A DNA stretch of 64,000 nucleotides, from NCBI RefSeq assembly GCF_009914755.1, contig NC_060927.1; one strand, given 5' to 3'. Positions 1 to 18,139 of the stretch are shown here, piece after piece. The first letter of the stretch is position 1; every line of letters starts with the position of its first letter. Both the position numbers and the translations under genes were made by a program. Source of the stretch: the human T2T-CHM13v2.0 reference genome, Homo sapiens. Below the pieces are notes generated by a model. It did not search any database. It saw only the letters and a program-made list of their open reading frames with translations, and was not told the DNA's origin.

Positions 1-39
1 GTGAGCTCAGGGCCACTGGGGGCAGGGGTAGGGGTCACC

Positions 40-290
40 CTACAACATGATCTCATAACTGATCAGCTTAGCTTCAAAATGCATTTTAAAACCTTTTTTC
101 TCCCTTTCTCCAGTCTTAGCCTTGAAACAGTCACACTTTGTTTCTCTCCCTTCCCACTAGACACTCCCTGCACTGCACTGGGCTAGTTTATCTAATTATG
201 GGCTTGCTTAGAAATTCCAGAGAATAGGCCAGGCGCCTCACCTGCTTGAACTTTTCACAACTCCCCCTGGCCTTCTACCACAGTGCCCAG
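40..290. mobile_element. Probable ERV1-type LTR fragment (family unresolved)
   Basis: LTR-like sequence (ataactgatcagcttagcttcaaaatgcatt...tgcttagaaattccag); family not confidently recognised. Confidence 0.3.
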
Positions 291-342
291 ACTTGACTGC
301 AGCTTGGATCCACCTGGGGAGCATACTGAAAGTAAAGATTCT

Positions 343-1003
<661 letters not shown>

Positions 1004-1211
1004 TCAGCCTTTTCTCCTTCCTCACTTTCATTCATCTTCTGGAAAGGGGCACACATGAACTGCATGGACTTTAGTCACCTTGGTTAATTTCTACCTGCCT
1101 CCTAAGGAGGAAGGGGAGGTTGGGGGGTGATGGGGGTTGGAGGGTCTACAGGCCCACAGGAGGATTGGACTAAAGGTGTCCCATGAAGAGCAGTATTTAA
1201 GATTAGATTCA

Positions 1212-1539
<328 letters not shown>

Positions 1540-2044
1540 TCATTCCACCTGTGTCCCACACACCAGGTAAGGGGTTGCTCTGATGTCTTCCTGGAGTTAG
1601 GTGAGAGCTTTGCCTGCTTTGTCTCAGTTCAGGAGAGTCTGTCCATGGGATGTGGAAAAAAAAACCTTGAGCAGGAGCTGGACACTGATGTATCATTTAG
1701 CAACTGTTGCATAACAAGGCACCAAACTTTGTTGCTTTAAGAAAACAGTGACTTAGTATTGTTTAGGACTCTACCGGTCCGCTGAGCGGTTCTGCCCTGG
1801 GCCAGGTTTGGCTGACCCTGGCTGGGCTCCCCACTGCAGTCATCCAGAAGCTCAGCTGGACTGGCAGGTCTAGCACAGCCTCACACACCTCTGCCAGTTG
1901 GTTAGCTGATGTTTGGGGTGGTGCCGTGTCTCCCTCCCTCCAGCAGGCTAGCCTGGGCTTGATCCTAGGGCAGTGGATGACACTCTATTTCCCGTGAGAG
2001 TAGAGCATGCAGGGCCTCCCAAAGCCTAGGTTTGTAATGGGTAC

Positions 2045-2939
<895 letters not shown>

Positions 2940-3250
2940 GTACAACCTCACTCCATCACATTCTAAAGACCAAAACAAGGCATGAAGCCACCACAGATGT
3001 CACTGCTTGATGGGAGGAGCTGCCATGTCACACTGGGAAAGGCATGGACATTAGGCAAAGGCAAATTAAAACCACAATGAGATGCCATCTCACACTCACT
3101 AGCCTGGATATCATCAAAAACACAGAACCCAACCAGTCTGTTGGCGAAGATGTGGAGAAATTGGAACACTTGCACACTATTGGTGTGAATGTAAATGGTG
3201 CAGTGCTGTGGAAACAGTATAGCGCTTCCTCAAAGAAACCTAGAATTACT

Positions 3251-3538
3251 GGCCAGGCGTGGTGGCTCACACCTATAATCCCAGCACTTTGGGAGGCCGA
3301 GGTGGGCAGATCATCTGAGGTCAGGAGGCCAGCCTTGCCAACATGGCTCATCTATACTAAAAATACAAAATTAGCCGGGCATGGTGGTGGGAGCCTGCAA
3401 TCCCAGCTACTCAGGAGGCTGAGGCAGGAGAATCACTTGAACCTAGGAGGCGGAGGTTGCAGTGAGCCGAGATCGTGCCACTGGACTCCAGCCTGGGTGA
3501 CAAGAGTGAAATTTGGTCTCAAAAAAAAAAAGAAAAAA
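3251..3538 (+). mobile_element. AluS
   Basis: Alu consensus. Confidence 0.9.
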
Positions 3539-3790
3539 TTACCATGCAATTAAGCACTTCAACTTCTGGGTATATACTCAAAAGAATGAAAAGCAAGGCC
3601 TCAGATATTCGAACCCCCATGTTTATAGCAGCATTATTCATGACAGCCAAGAGGTGCCTGCTACGTCTATTGACAGATGAATGGATAAACTAAATGTGGT
3701 GTGTACATACACTGGAATGTTATTCAACCTTAGAAAGGAAATTCTGACCCATGTGACCACATGGATGAAACTTAAATACAAGCTCAGTGA

Positions 3791-4136
<346 letters not shown>

Positions 4137-4616
4137 AATTCCACTTTTATGAGGTCCCTAGAATAGTGAAACTCAGAGACAGAAAGTGGAATGGTAGGTT
4201 CCAGGGGCTGGAGGAGTGAGGATGGGAGTTAGTGTTTTCATGGGAACAGTTTCAGTTTGGGAAGATAAACACATTCTGAGATGGATGGTGGTGATGATTG
4301 CACAACAATGTGAATGTATTTCACGCCGCTGAAGTGGACACAAAAATGCCTCAGAGAGGAAAATGGGGACATGTTGGTTAAAGGGTACAAAGTTTCAGTT
4401 CAGTTAGACAGGATTACTTTTAAAATGTTTAAGATGCTAAACTGATGTTATGTATATTTTACCAAAATGAAAAGAAAATTTAAAAACAGGCATGGATATC
4501 ACCGGCGGAAGAGTGGGACCATTTTTGCAAGTGATCCACCACAACTGGATCCTAAACTGTGGGACATTCCCAGTTTGCATTAACCTCTTCAAGCATCAGT
4601 GACCTCAACTTTATTT

Positions 4617-4780
4617 TCATTTACTTATTTATTAGAGACAGGGTCTCCTCCTGTCACCCAGGCTAAAGTGCAGTAGCGTGATTGTGGCTCACTGTAGTCT
4701 TGACCTCCTGGGCTCAAGCGATCCTCCCACCTTGGTCTCCTGAGTAGCTGGGATTATGGCAAGCGCCACCACACCTGGCA
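4617..4780 (-). mobile_element. AluJ/FRAM monomer
   Basis: Right-arm Alu reverse complement with J diagnostics. Confidence 0.8.
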
Positions 4781-5221
4781 TCACCTTTAAATTGAGGATG
4801 AATTCATGCTCCTGTCTGCATGTTGAGGCTGGAAAAAAAATTGGAATTAATTATCTAAGATGTGTACCTGGCCAAGTCTACTCTTTTCATTTTAAATGGG
4901 AGACAATTAAACCTTATCCCGATAATCAGGCCCATGGCTTTGCAGTCACAGCCACAGGCTTGGGAGTAAACATGAAAAGGAAAAGAGAAGCCCCAGGTAG
5001 GTGCTGAGTCTAAAGGATGGGGCCTTCACTGACAATAATGACAAAATGAAGGGAAACTTGCTTGTGATTTATTTAGCAGCTTGGGGGGATAGTTGAGCTC
5101 ACCTCGAATTTTGCAAATTACAACAGGCCTGAAACTGCACATACTAGACAAGTATTGTTTCTCTTCCCAAATTTTGGGACAGCTTTGGGGAATTACTCAC
5201 TCCAGCAATTGAAAGGAACTC

Positions 5222-5516
5222 CTTTTTATTTTTTAAAAGTTTTTACTAGAGACTGGATCTCGCTCGGTCACCCAGGCTGGAGTGCAGTATGGAACTCCTG
5301 GGCTCAAATGTCCTCCCACCTCAGCCTCCTGAGTAGCTGGGACTACAGGCGTGCACCATCATGCCCAGCTAACTTTTTTCTTATTTTATTTTATTGCAGA
5401 AAAGGGGTCTTGCTATTTTTGCCCAGGCTGGTCTTAAACTCCTGGCTTCAAGCAATCCTCCTGCGTCAGCCTCCCAAAGTGCTGGAATTATAGGAGGGAG
5501 CCACTGTGCTCAGACC
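5222..5516 (-). mobile_element. AluJ (internally deleted), at the 3' flank of the PRR3 retrocopy
   Basis: J-type Alu reverse complement; TSD gaactc(c)ttttt. Confidence 0.8.
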
Positions 5517-5524
5517 CAGAACTC

Positions 5525-7348
5525 TTTTTTCTGTTTGTTTGTTTTCACTGCATTTATTACTAATATATAAAAAAAGTTACACACACACAAAAACTCATTC
5601 TCATTTCTCCAACAGCTCTCATCCCTCCCTCTTGCCCATTCAACTCCTGACCCATTTCCTGAGGGCCAGTTCGAAACTTAACCTGTTCTCTGCCATTTTC
5701 ACAGAAAACAATCAGTGCCAGGGATGTAGGGAAAGAGGGTTGGAAGAGGGTGACAGTACTTTCCACGTTCCACCCAAAGATAAGCAAGGTGGAGATTCAC
5801 AGAATTCAAATGAAAGGACTGGGGGCCTCCCAATGACATAGTCTAACTAAAATGAGCTGGAAAGGATCTAGGTAGGGTAAAGCCACCCGAGGCTTTTTAA
5901 GACGTCTCATGGGCATGTGTCAGACCCAGAATGACCAACACCAAGAGAAGAATGGGAAGAATGGGGAGGACCAAGGAGGCAGTCTGATGGAGAGGTCACA
6001 ATTCCCCCATGTTGGGAGGTGGAAAGTCTAGAGGGCACCAAGAGCCTTACTCATTTTGGCAGAAAAACTTACTCTATTGTTGGGAAGTCACAGACATGCT
6101 ACAGACACTGAGAAAGGCTGTGAGGGGATGCAGAGTTTCACAAAGCACAGTGATCAAAGGCCGTAGCGGTGGGGATCGTGCTACCGACAGAGAAACTACG
6201 AAATCCAAATGCAGGGAGAGTGGCCTTTTAGGAAGTAAGTCTATATCAGTCACTCAAACTTGACCCCAGATTAAACAACCTGGCTGAGTTCCATGAGCAG
6301 CTGACAACACTGGGAGTAAGGGGTGTCACATGAAAAGGACTTAAAACAAGCAGCTAGAAGAAAGGAAGGGTAGAAACTGCTCCAGGGCTCTCAGGAATGG
6401 AGGGCAATACTGGGAACAGGTGGACAGATGCACAAAAAACAGCCCCAAAGAGGTTTCCTGTTCAGCAGTCATTTGACAAGGGGAAGATCCAGGAGGCAGC
6501 TGAAGGGAGCAAGGATTGGTCCCAAAGGCAAGTCTCTAGAGGCTGTGTCAGAAGAAAGTGTGTGCACCTCGCCCCAGTGATGCAGCACAACTCTGGACCC
6601 CACACGGGGGAAGGGGCGGATAGGGTGGGTGTGTCACTGGCTGGGAGTGCTGGAAGAGCCTCATAGTAGCCATCACAGGGCCACAGGGAAATACATGGCC
6701 GCTGGTTACAGATGGCTCCTTCCACCCTGGATGGGAGGACACAGTCTCACAGAGGAGGGCTATTGATGCCTGGGTGGTGGAAGGCACAGAGGTCCTCATA
6801 TTGACAGTGGTCCTTTTTGGCAAAATGTCCACAGACTGGGTGGTGGGATTTGTCTTCCATAACCTGGGGGTCATCCTAGTGGGCTGGTATTCTTGATAAG
6901 AGACCGGCTTTCGAGCCTTTGAGGGTTTCTCTGTTCTTTGTGAAGGCTTTGCCAGGCGGGACCCCCATGGCCTGGCGCCGGAAAAGGAGGTTCAGCATTG
7001 ACTCCCCACCAACTACAATCATATGGGCTAGGCCTGGGGCCAAGGCCTCCTGGCATTGGGCCTCTACCCTGAGGAGGAGGTGGGAGGCTCAGCAGCGGTA
7101 GAATCAGCGGTCCCCTTGCTCCTGGAGGACCTCTGTGAGGAGCTGACTTAGGGTCATCAGGTTTTCCAATGGCCATGGTGGGAGGCTCAAGAAGGCTGGG
7201 TGATCCGATGGGACTCCCATCCTCGTCAGCTCCAGTCTTTTCCCTCTCGGGCAGTGGGGGCTGCTGCTGTGGCGGGGGCTGGTGCTGATTCTGCTTCTTT
7301 CATTTCGGCATTGTGGCGGCAGCAAAGGCTGCAGTGGGATTTGGCCAG
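5525..7348 (-). pseudogene. PRR3: Processed pseudogene of PRR3 (proline-rich 3, CCCH zinc finger); the symbol given is the parent gene
   Basis: Intronless minus-strand CDS homolog 7311..6747: MPK*KKQNQHQPPPQQQPPLPEREKTG...MAIGKPDDPKSAPHRGPPG...WWGVNAEPPFP...KNTSP(fs)[42 protein letters not shown]. Stop at codon 4 (7302-7300) and a 2-nt deletion near 6875. About 1.2 kb of 3' UTR, AATAAA (forward tttatt 5553-5558), A-rich tail 5525-5545, candidate TSD aggaa(c/t)tctt. Confidence 0.92.
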
Positions 7349-8220
7349 AGGAATTCTTAATGAAGGAACTGGACCAAGCCTCCAGCAGGGCACAGTTTCT
7401 GGCTGCAATGACTTATGTCCAGTCCCATGCAACCTGGGGCTGTGCTAATGCTCTCACTGGTTTGGACCCTGAGGCTGGCCACAGTGCTGCCCACACGGCT
7501 TCTGGCTTTGGTTTATAATCTCATGTTCAGCCATTGCCCCCAGATGGTGCACACCGTGTCAGGGTTACTAGTTTGAGCACAATGTATAGCTCCCCTTTCC
7601 ACATACAAAGAGCTGGCATTGAGCATGCGTCTCTATGTCCCAAGGTGATTTCTCTCTTGGTGGCTTTAGAAGTCCATTCTCGCAAACACCCCAATCGGTC
7701 AGACAGGCTTACTATAGTGGAATCTCAAAGGAGAATGGGCTGAGATCTTGATTACTTTGTGTCCAAGAGGTAATTTGACCCCAGTGCAAAACTGCCAACT
7801 TTTCCCCAGCCACTAGCTCTGAGTAGCTGGCAGGTCCCATTACAATCTCCTTTTCCCAAGGCCATGGGTGCCCCTCCACACTTGCTTGTATTTACCTCGG
7901 AGGAGCCAGTTAATGACTCTTCTCAAAATCACAATTTGCTCTACAGTGACTTTTTTAGTTCACCTAGACAAAGAAGTAAAATACCACTTGTTTTACTTAA
8001 AACCAAACCCTCAAGTCTCTCTAATTGTACACTTGCAACACCCAATAAATGATTACCCATCATCACAGCAGCCGTCACGGTAAACAATGAGGTTTGTCCC
8101 CCATGGGCCTTGACCACCACGTGCACACTTACCTTCCTAGAGCTGTTCGGGCCTCCCGCCAGGGGGAGTCACCTTGGCAGAGGAGGAAGGTCCCCCAGAC
8201 TTCCCAGCGCCGGTGTTCTG

Positions 8221-8239
8221 CAGCGCCCTCTTGTGGCAG
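8221..8239 (-). promoter_or_regulatory. CTCF-like motif
   Basis: Reverse complement CTGCCACAAGAGGGCGCTG matches the CTCF core CCAC(C/A)AG(G/A)(G/T)GGCGC. Confidence 0.6.
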
Positions 8240-8632
8240 CAGCAAGGCTGTAGACTTTGAGGGTGGGCCCCTCCGCCTGACGTTAGCAACCTGGACTGGC
8301 TGGCCCCTTTGCACTGAGTGAGCCCCCAGGGTCCTAAATCCAGTGTTTTGGAGGAGGAGGCTCAAGGAGATGTAAAGGGACTTCTGCCTTATGTGAAGTT
8401 TAGGTGCTAAAGCCTAAACCCAATTTACATTATAGTCAATTTGCCTGTGAAAATTCCTTAAACGGCCCTGAATTAATGGAATTTAGGGTCCTTGGGAGTT
8501 CAAAAGCTAAAAATAACTTTTTCTTCTTTTCAGCTTGGCTATGGTCTAGTTGCCCTGGGACAGTGAAGACCAAGGTCTAGTCTGAATGGAGGGAACAAGG
8601 GGAAGGCTAAGGGGTTCATAATAGTCGTACCT

Positions 8633-9249
<617 letters not shown>

Positions 9250-10169
9250 TCAATGTCTGATTTGCTGCAAGTTAAATGACCATATAATTCCAGCAAGTAA
9301 CTGGTAATGTGGGACATAGTAGTCATGGATTTGTTATGCCATTTAATCTCATAATAACTACACACGGCAGGTAGTATTCTTTCCTGCCTGCTATTTATAA
9401 ATGTGGAAACTGAAGCTCAGAGAGAGCCTATATTTAGCTTTGAGTAGAGAATGGCCACGTAGTGACCTCTTCCCAGCCCTGTTGGCTCATCAGATGCTCT
9501 GCTCCCCAGGGGCAAACTCAGCTTAGACTCAGGCTGGGGCCCTCCCACCCAAGACATGGCAGAATGCCCTCCATTTGAGATTCAGACCAAGGGCTCTTGG
9601 AGGCTGTCGGAGTGGGATAAGCGCCAATCAGGGGAGGGCAAACAGGGACATGGTTCTGAGGGGCGACCAGGAGCTTTGTTCCTGTAGATATTTAACAAAT
9701 TCAAGATGGGGGTGAACAGCACAGAGAGGATGTCAGGCAGAGGTAATAGGAGGAGGCCAGGTGGGGAGGCTGGAAGCACAGCCTGTTTCTTGGGGATTAG
9801 AGAGTGTGGCTGATGTATATAGTGGTGGGGATGCTCTGGACTAGAGAGCTGGGTTGGGGGGTGCTAACTTAGGATGAGCCTCTAGTGCTATCATGAGGGG
9901 TGAGCTTGGTGAGGAGGGGAGGACATGGAAGACAGCACATCCACTAAAGCCCCACTCAAGTTGCCCAAAAAAGTGTGGCTTTTGGGTCCTAAACATAGGT
10001 GGAGACTGCCCGTCATCACCAAGAGTAGGTGCTGATTGTGTGAAAATCGTGCATGAATCCCTCGCAAACGTTGGGCTGAGCCCCTGGGTGGCTTTTCTCT
10101 CTGTTTGAAGCTTTCCCTGCATACTTTAACTCATGCGGTTTTCTCTCTTTGGGGCTAGCCAAGCAGGGA

Positions 10170-10560
10170 GCATATTGAAGTAATGTGTCCATCAGTGGCA
10201 AGTGACAGAAAATCCAGCTCAAACTGGTACAGAGTTTACTGACTCGGAGAACTGGCTTCAGGCCCAGCTCAAACAATGCTGGGACCCTGTCTTCCTCACA
10301 TGCCTGTCTCTGACTCTCTGTGGTGGCCACGTGTGGATTAAATGCCCACCCCTGGAGAACCTCCTGGATTGAGGGGAACAGCTGGTTCCCTGAGGACAGG
10401 TGCTGGGCTGGCAATTCCACCGACTCCCACCATTCTAGGGTTCTGGATGGTGGGAACCAAATGAAGTCTGCTCATCCCTGACCGCAGAGGCATCTCCAAG
10501 GCCCAAGTCAAGGTGAGAAAGATTCCACCTAAGCTGATGACTTTGATCACCCTAGATCAG
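10170..10560 (-). mobile_element. Old MLT1 (J/K/L-like) LTR fragment
   Basis: gtggcaagtgacagaaaatccagctcaaactgg is typical of late MLT1 LTR ends. Confidence 0.5.
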
Positions 10561-10959
10561 CCAGGTCTCCTCCCAAATGGGATACCTGTCGGTGGGAACG
10601 TGAAAGTCCAGTCGGTCTAAGGGAATCGCTCCAGCTCTTTCTGACGTCAAGCCCAGGCATGACTGTTTCCCAAGACTGCACAAATTTTTTTCCTGAAGCA
10701 TCAAATTCCTTATCAGTTCGTAGCAGTCCAAATTCAGATTCTTGATGGGATTTCACTTTATGGAAGGATTCTGTGAAAAATAGATAGCCTTGGGCTTTTC
10801 TTACAAATGTCTTTCCAATTGCACTGTTATCTCTATTTCCCATAATATTTGGTAGAATGTGTTGTATAACCTGCTTATAGCAGGTTCTTAATAAATGTTC
10901 GAGTTTATTGCAAACTTTGCAGTCTATAAAGGGATTTAAATTATGTCCTTTCACTAATC

Positions 10960-11232
10960 TTTTTTTTGAGACAGGGTCTGGAGTGCAATGGCATGAACAC
11001 AGCTCACTGCAGCCTTGCCCTCCTGGGCTCAAGGGATCCTTCCACCTCGGCCTCCTGAATATAGCTGGGACTACAGGCCTGTGCCACCATGCCTGGCTAA
11101 TTTTTGTATTTTTTGGTAGAGACGGGGTATCCCCATGCTGTCCAGGCTGGCCTCAAACTCCTAGGCTCAAGCAATCCTCCTGCCTCTGCCTCCCAAAGTA
11201 TTGGGATTACAGGGTGAGCCACTGCCTCCGGT
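10960..11232 (-). mobile_element. AluJ
   Basis: Alu reverse complement, J diagnostics. Confidence 0.85.
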
Positions 11233-11294
11233 CTCTTTCGCTAGTCTTGAGAGAGAACTAATTAGTCCTGAGAGATGACCAGTCAGTGATTAAT

Positions 11295-11400
11295 ATATCC
11301 ATTTTCTACTCTGGGCAACTGAGGTTCAGAGAGGTGAACTGACTTGCCCAAGATCACACAGGCTGGGTGGCAGTTCTGGGATTCACACTCAGGACTGCCT
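11295..11400 (-). mobile_element. MIR
   Basis: aactgaggttcagagaggtgaactgacttgcccaagatcacacag core. Confidence 0.75.
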
Positions 11401-11477
11401 CACCCTCAAGCTGTGCTGTGTATGCTTCATCAGGCTGCCTCCGCACAGCAGATGGAACAGAATTTTTCCATGTGGGG

Positions 11478-11670
11478 TAGGATTGTCAGATAAAATACAG
11501 GATGCCTAGTTAAATTTGAATTTCAGATACCAAAAAAAATTTTTGGTATAAGTATATCTCAAATACACTTACTGCATGGGACACACTTATACTAAAAAAT
11601 GGTGTTGCTTACTGAAATTCAAATGTAACTCAGTATCTTGCATTTTTATTTGCTAAGCCTAGTGACCCTA
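11478..11670. mobile_element. MER53 palindromic hAT MITE
   Basis: taggattgtcagataaaatacaggatgcctagttaaatttgaatttcagata...ctgaaattcaaatgtaactcagtatcttgcatttttatttgctaa...cccta; internal inverted repeat. Confidence 0.85.
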
Positions 11671-12684
11671 ATTTAGAGGAGAAACCGTAATTTAATGGTC
11701 ACTGAAGCCCCTAGAGTGACAGAGGTTTCCCAAGATCACACGGGGAGTTAGTGGCAAATCCAGGATTGGACCCAGTCTTCCTGTTCCCCAGTCCCAACCC
11801 TCTTGGGGTGGTTGTGAAGCCCTCTGAAGTCCCTGGAGCAGGCATGGTGGTAAGAACAGCTGCTTTCTCTCTGCAGAGGCTGTCCACATGGCCCATCCTC
11901 TCCCCAGCTGTCCCACTGGGCAAAACCAAGAAGTGAATCCCTGCATGGAAGAGATGAGAAGAGCGAGGTCACAGCAATTTAGAGAAGATGGTGTTGATTG
12001 AGATTTCCAGACAGGGAGCACGGGCTGCTCAGGAAGCAGCTAATTAAGCAGGAGACTCCAATTAAGAAGCAATTTGGGTCTTTGCAGCAAGACCCAGCAG
12101 CCACCCAAGTGTAGCAGAGAAAACCACAGGCTCGGGTTCTTGCTCCCCACATTAGCTGACTGTGAGATCTCAGGCCAGCTATTGAGCCTCCCTGGACATC
12201 TGTTTTTTTTGACTATGAAATGAGGGGTCATGCTGCTTAATATTGAAGGACCCTGCTGACTTCAAAGTGGGCAATTCCAGGGAGTGGGAGGATTCTTTCC
12301 CTCCAATGCTGGAACATTTTCCACTGCATTCTAGTGTCTTTATCACCCTCTTTGCATTCTACTGAAGGCCAATTATTCTCTCAGTTGTAGTGGATTTGAA
12401 TTCTAGTCTATAAACTAATTTGCGCACAAATCGTACCTTTCTTTATTTTTTATATCCTATCTTAATTTCTCTTTCCAGATCTTATTCCTGTAGGGTGGCA
12501 ACTCAATATTTCCTTTCTTCCTATTTCTAGGATGCGCCTACACTCTCCAGGGATTAAATGTGGTGCTAAGTCATGGGTGGGAGGGGTCAGTAGCCTCCAC
12601 TGAGGTATCCTCGGTACCATCTGGGCCTCAGGAGTGGTCTTTGCTGGTTGTCACGGAGATCACATTCCCATCTGCCGAGGATGC

Positions 12685-12965
12685 AGCCTGGCACAGTGGC
12701 TCATTCCAGCACTTTGGGAGGCTGAGGTGGGCAGATCACCTGAGGTCAGGAGTTCAAGTCCAGCCTGGCCAACATGGCAAAACTCCATCTCTACTAAAAA
12801 TACAAAAATTAGCTGGGCATGGTGGCACGCACCTGTAGTCCCTGCTACTCAGGAGGTGGAGACAGGAGAATTGCTTAAACCCGGGAGGCGGAGGTTGCAG
12901 TAAGCCACTGCACTCCAGCCTGGGAAACAGAGCAAGACTCTGTCTCAAAACAAACAAACAAACAC
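12685..12965 (+). mobile_element. AluS with small deletions
   Basis: Alu consensus, (AAAC)n tail. Confidence 0.88.
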
Positions 12966-14209
12966 ACTTCTTATTTTTATCCCTTAGTGCAAGTATCAGC
13001 CTGGAGCCAGCCAGGAAAACACAAAGCTCTCTCATGGAATTTAATACAGGGAATTGGTTGCTCTGGTGGTGGAGGCAGTGGCAGTGAGGTTAGAGGGATT
13101 AGTTCAGCAGGAGGCCACTCCCATTCCTAGGAATAAAGAGAAGGTAATAGGTGTGACCCAGGAGTTGGGGTGCCCCGTAGGAGCTAGAGCCGTAGGAAGG
13201 GTCTTTCTGGTAGGCGATGGGACCACCGAAGTTCCCAGGGGGACAAGGCAGAGCTGAAGCCACAGAGGAGAAGACCCTCCCTCTGCTGGAGATGTCAAAG
13301 GGCACCCAGGGGAGAAATGCCCTGCTTTATCCTCTCTTCTCACCCTCTAGCGTTCCAGCACCAGTGGCCACTGACTGAATAAGAAGCCAGAGGACAAGGG
13401 CAGGGCAGAAGTGGACCCGAGTGCCTGTGGGCAGTTGACCAGCATGCTATGTGTGGCTTTTATAAGTAACAAGGGTCAGTGTTTACTTATAAACCTGGGC
13501 TCCACTTAGTTTTCTTGGTTAAGATACACATTTCTCCTTTTCCTCGGAGGCATCCGGGAATTAACTTCTCTTAACTGCAAAGTACTCTACTTGTTGGCTT
13601 AACTATTTCCCTATCCTTTGGCATTTGGGTCCTTTCCAGTTTTGTTGCTTCTACAAACAAAATAGATAGGAAGACCTTTTATATGCAATGATTTAAGCTT
13701 TCTCTTACATTCTTCCTTTCAGCTCAATTTTCCCAGGATGGGTCCTTACATGTCATCCATTAAAAATTTTTTTTTCTGAGAGAAATAACTTCAGTGTAGT
13801 GGAAATGGTTCTGCATTTAGAGCCATGCTTGCTACGTGAGAATGCCTGGAAGCTTTATTTTTCTCAGCTTAAAAAAGAGCATCACTCCTGGCCCATCTTC
13901 CCGGCAGCATTTGAGCAGATGGGCCTCATCACTGATATCAATATGATGCAAACCTGTGTGATGAGAGGCTGGTGACATCAAAGATGATAAGGACAATGAA
14001 TGTTGTAAGATGGGGACCAGTGGGCATGTCCTCGAGTGCTGGGAAGGAGCCCAGAGCCCACTAAAGCTTCATGAGCCCCATCATCCAATAACCTGAAGAG
14101 AACCATGTCTAGGCCTAACCTTGGCCGAGTTTGAGTCTCAATGATTTCCCTGCAGACTACAGACTGCTTGACCATGCAGAGTGTATTTAAATAATGAAAG
14201 CACACGCTA

Positions 14210-16841
<2,632 letters not shown>

Positions 16842-16876
16842 TAGCTGGGAAAACTTTTCAGGTGGGAGTAACATGA

Positions 16877-17236
<360 letters not shown>

Positions 17237-17349
17237 TAGGTCTGGACCCATAGGCAGGTTGGATCTGGATCCTGGGCTCTGAAAGGTCACACTTAGTGGT
17301 GGAGACAGACATAAGAACAAATAATGAAGATGAAGCCCATGCAGGCTGT

Positions 17350-18130
17350 GTTCATCCAGGCACAAATGTTTAGTGGATGCAGATTGGTGCCAGGCACTGT
17401 GCTGGGTACATGCAGTAAACAGAGATGTCACCTCTGCCCTCTTCGAGCTTGCAACCTAGTGGAGGAAGTGAGTTAACAGGTGAGTAAACAAATATGTCTG
17501 TGTACGCATGGGTAATGGTACAAAGTCTGGTGAATACTCTGAAGGGCAAGAACAGGATGCAGCGATGGAGAACACCAGGCGTGGAGGGGTGCTGCTTACA
17601 TTTGGTGGCCAGGGAAGACCTCTCCCGTCACGTAGCACAGTTATTGGCATGCAGTCCCCACCCTTCAGCGTTCACTGTTGGTGGCTTCCGACTGCATGTC
17701 CCTGTGATTCAGCCTGTGGGCTTCCTCTGGCTTCAGGGGCGTGCCTGGCCAGTGTGAGGCAAATCAGAATTGTGGGGGTTTAACATCCCTGGCAGTAGCC
17801 CTCAGCAAATGATGGACAGGAGTTAGAGGATGAATATTCCAGCCACCGGAGCCCTGCGCACCCACAGCTGTCTTCTGCTCGTTGACATACCTTGTACTGG
17901 CTCCCTTCTGTCCCTTTCTTACCCCCTCTCACTCGCTCACCAGTACTTCTGGAATCACCTTCCAAATGAACCATTTGCATCAAATCTGTGTCTCAGGGCC
18001 TCATTGTTGGGGAGCTCACACTAAGACAGAGGTGACATTTACCCCAAGGCCTGAAGGATAAGAAGGAGCTGGTTAGCTAGAGTGTTGCAGGGACAGCTGT
18101 GGTGGCTGGAAGAGCATATGTGAAGACCCC
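17350..18130 (-). mobile_element. L2 fragment interrupted by an LTR16-type ERVL LTR (~17660-18029, +)
   Basis: gtgccaggcactgtgctggg L2 tail; LTR16 end caaatgaaccatttgcatcaaatctgtgtctcaggg...ctaagaca. Confidence 0.6.
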
Positions 18131-18139
18131 ATTTGAATC

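Noticed and set aside
6009-6263. ORF with a faint resemblance to retroviral RNase H text (YSFWQKNLLYCW)
   Set aside because: It lies between the PRR3-like stop codon and its poly(A) signal, so it is the antisense of the retrocopied 3' UTR; no RT or integrase motifs nearby
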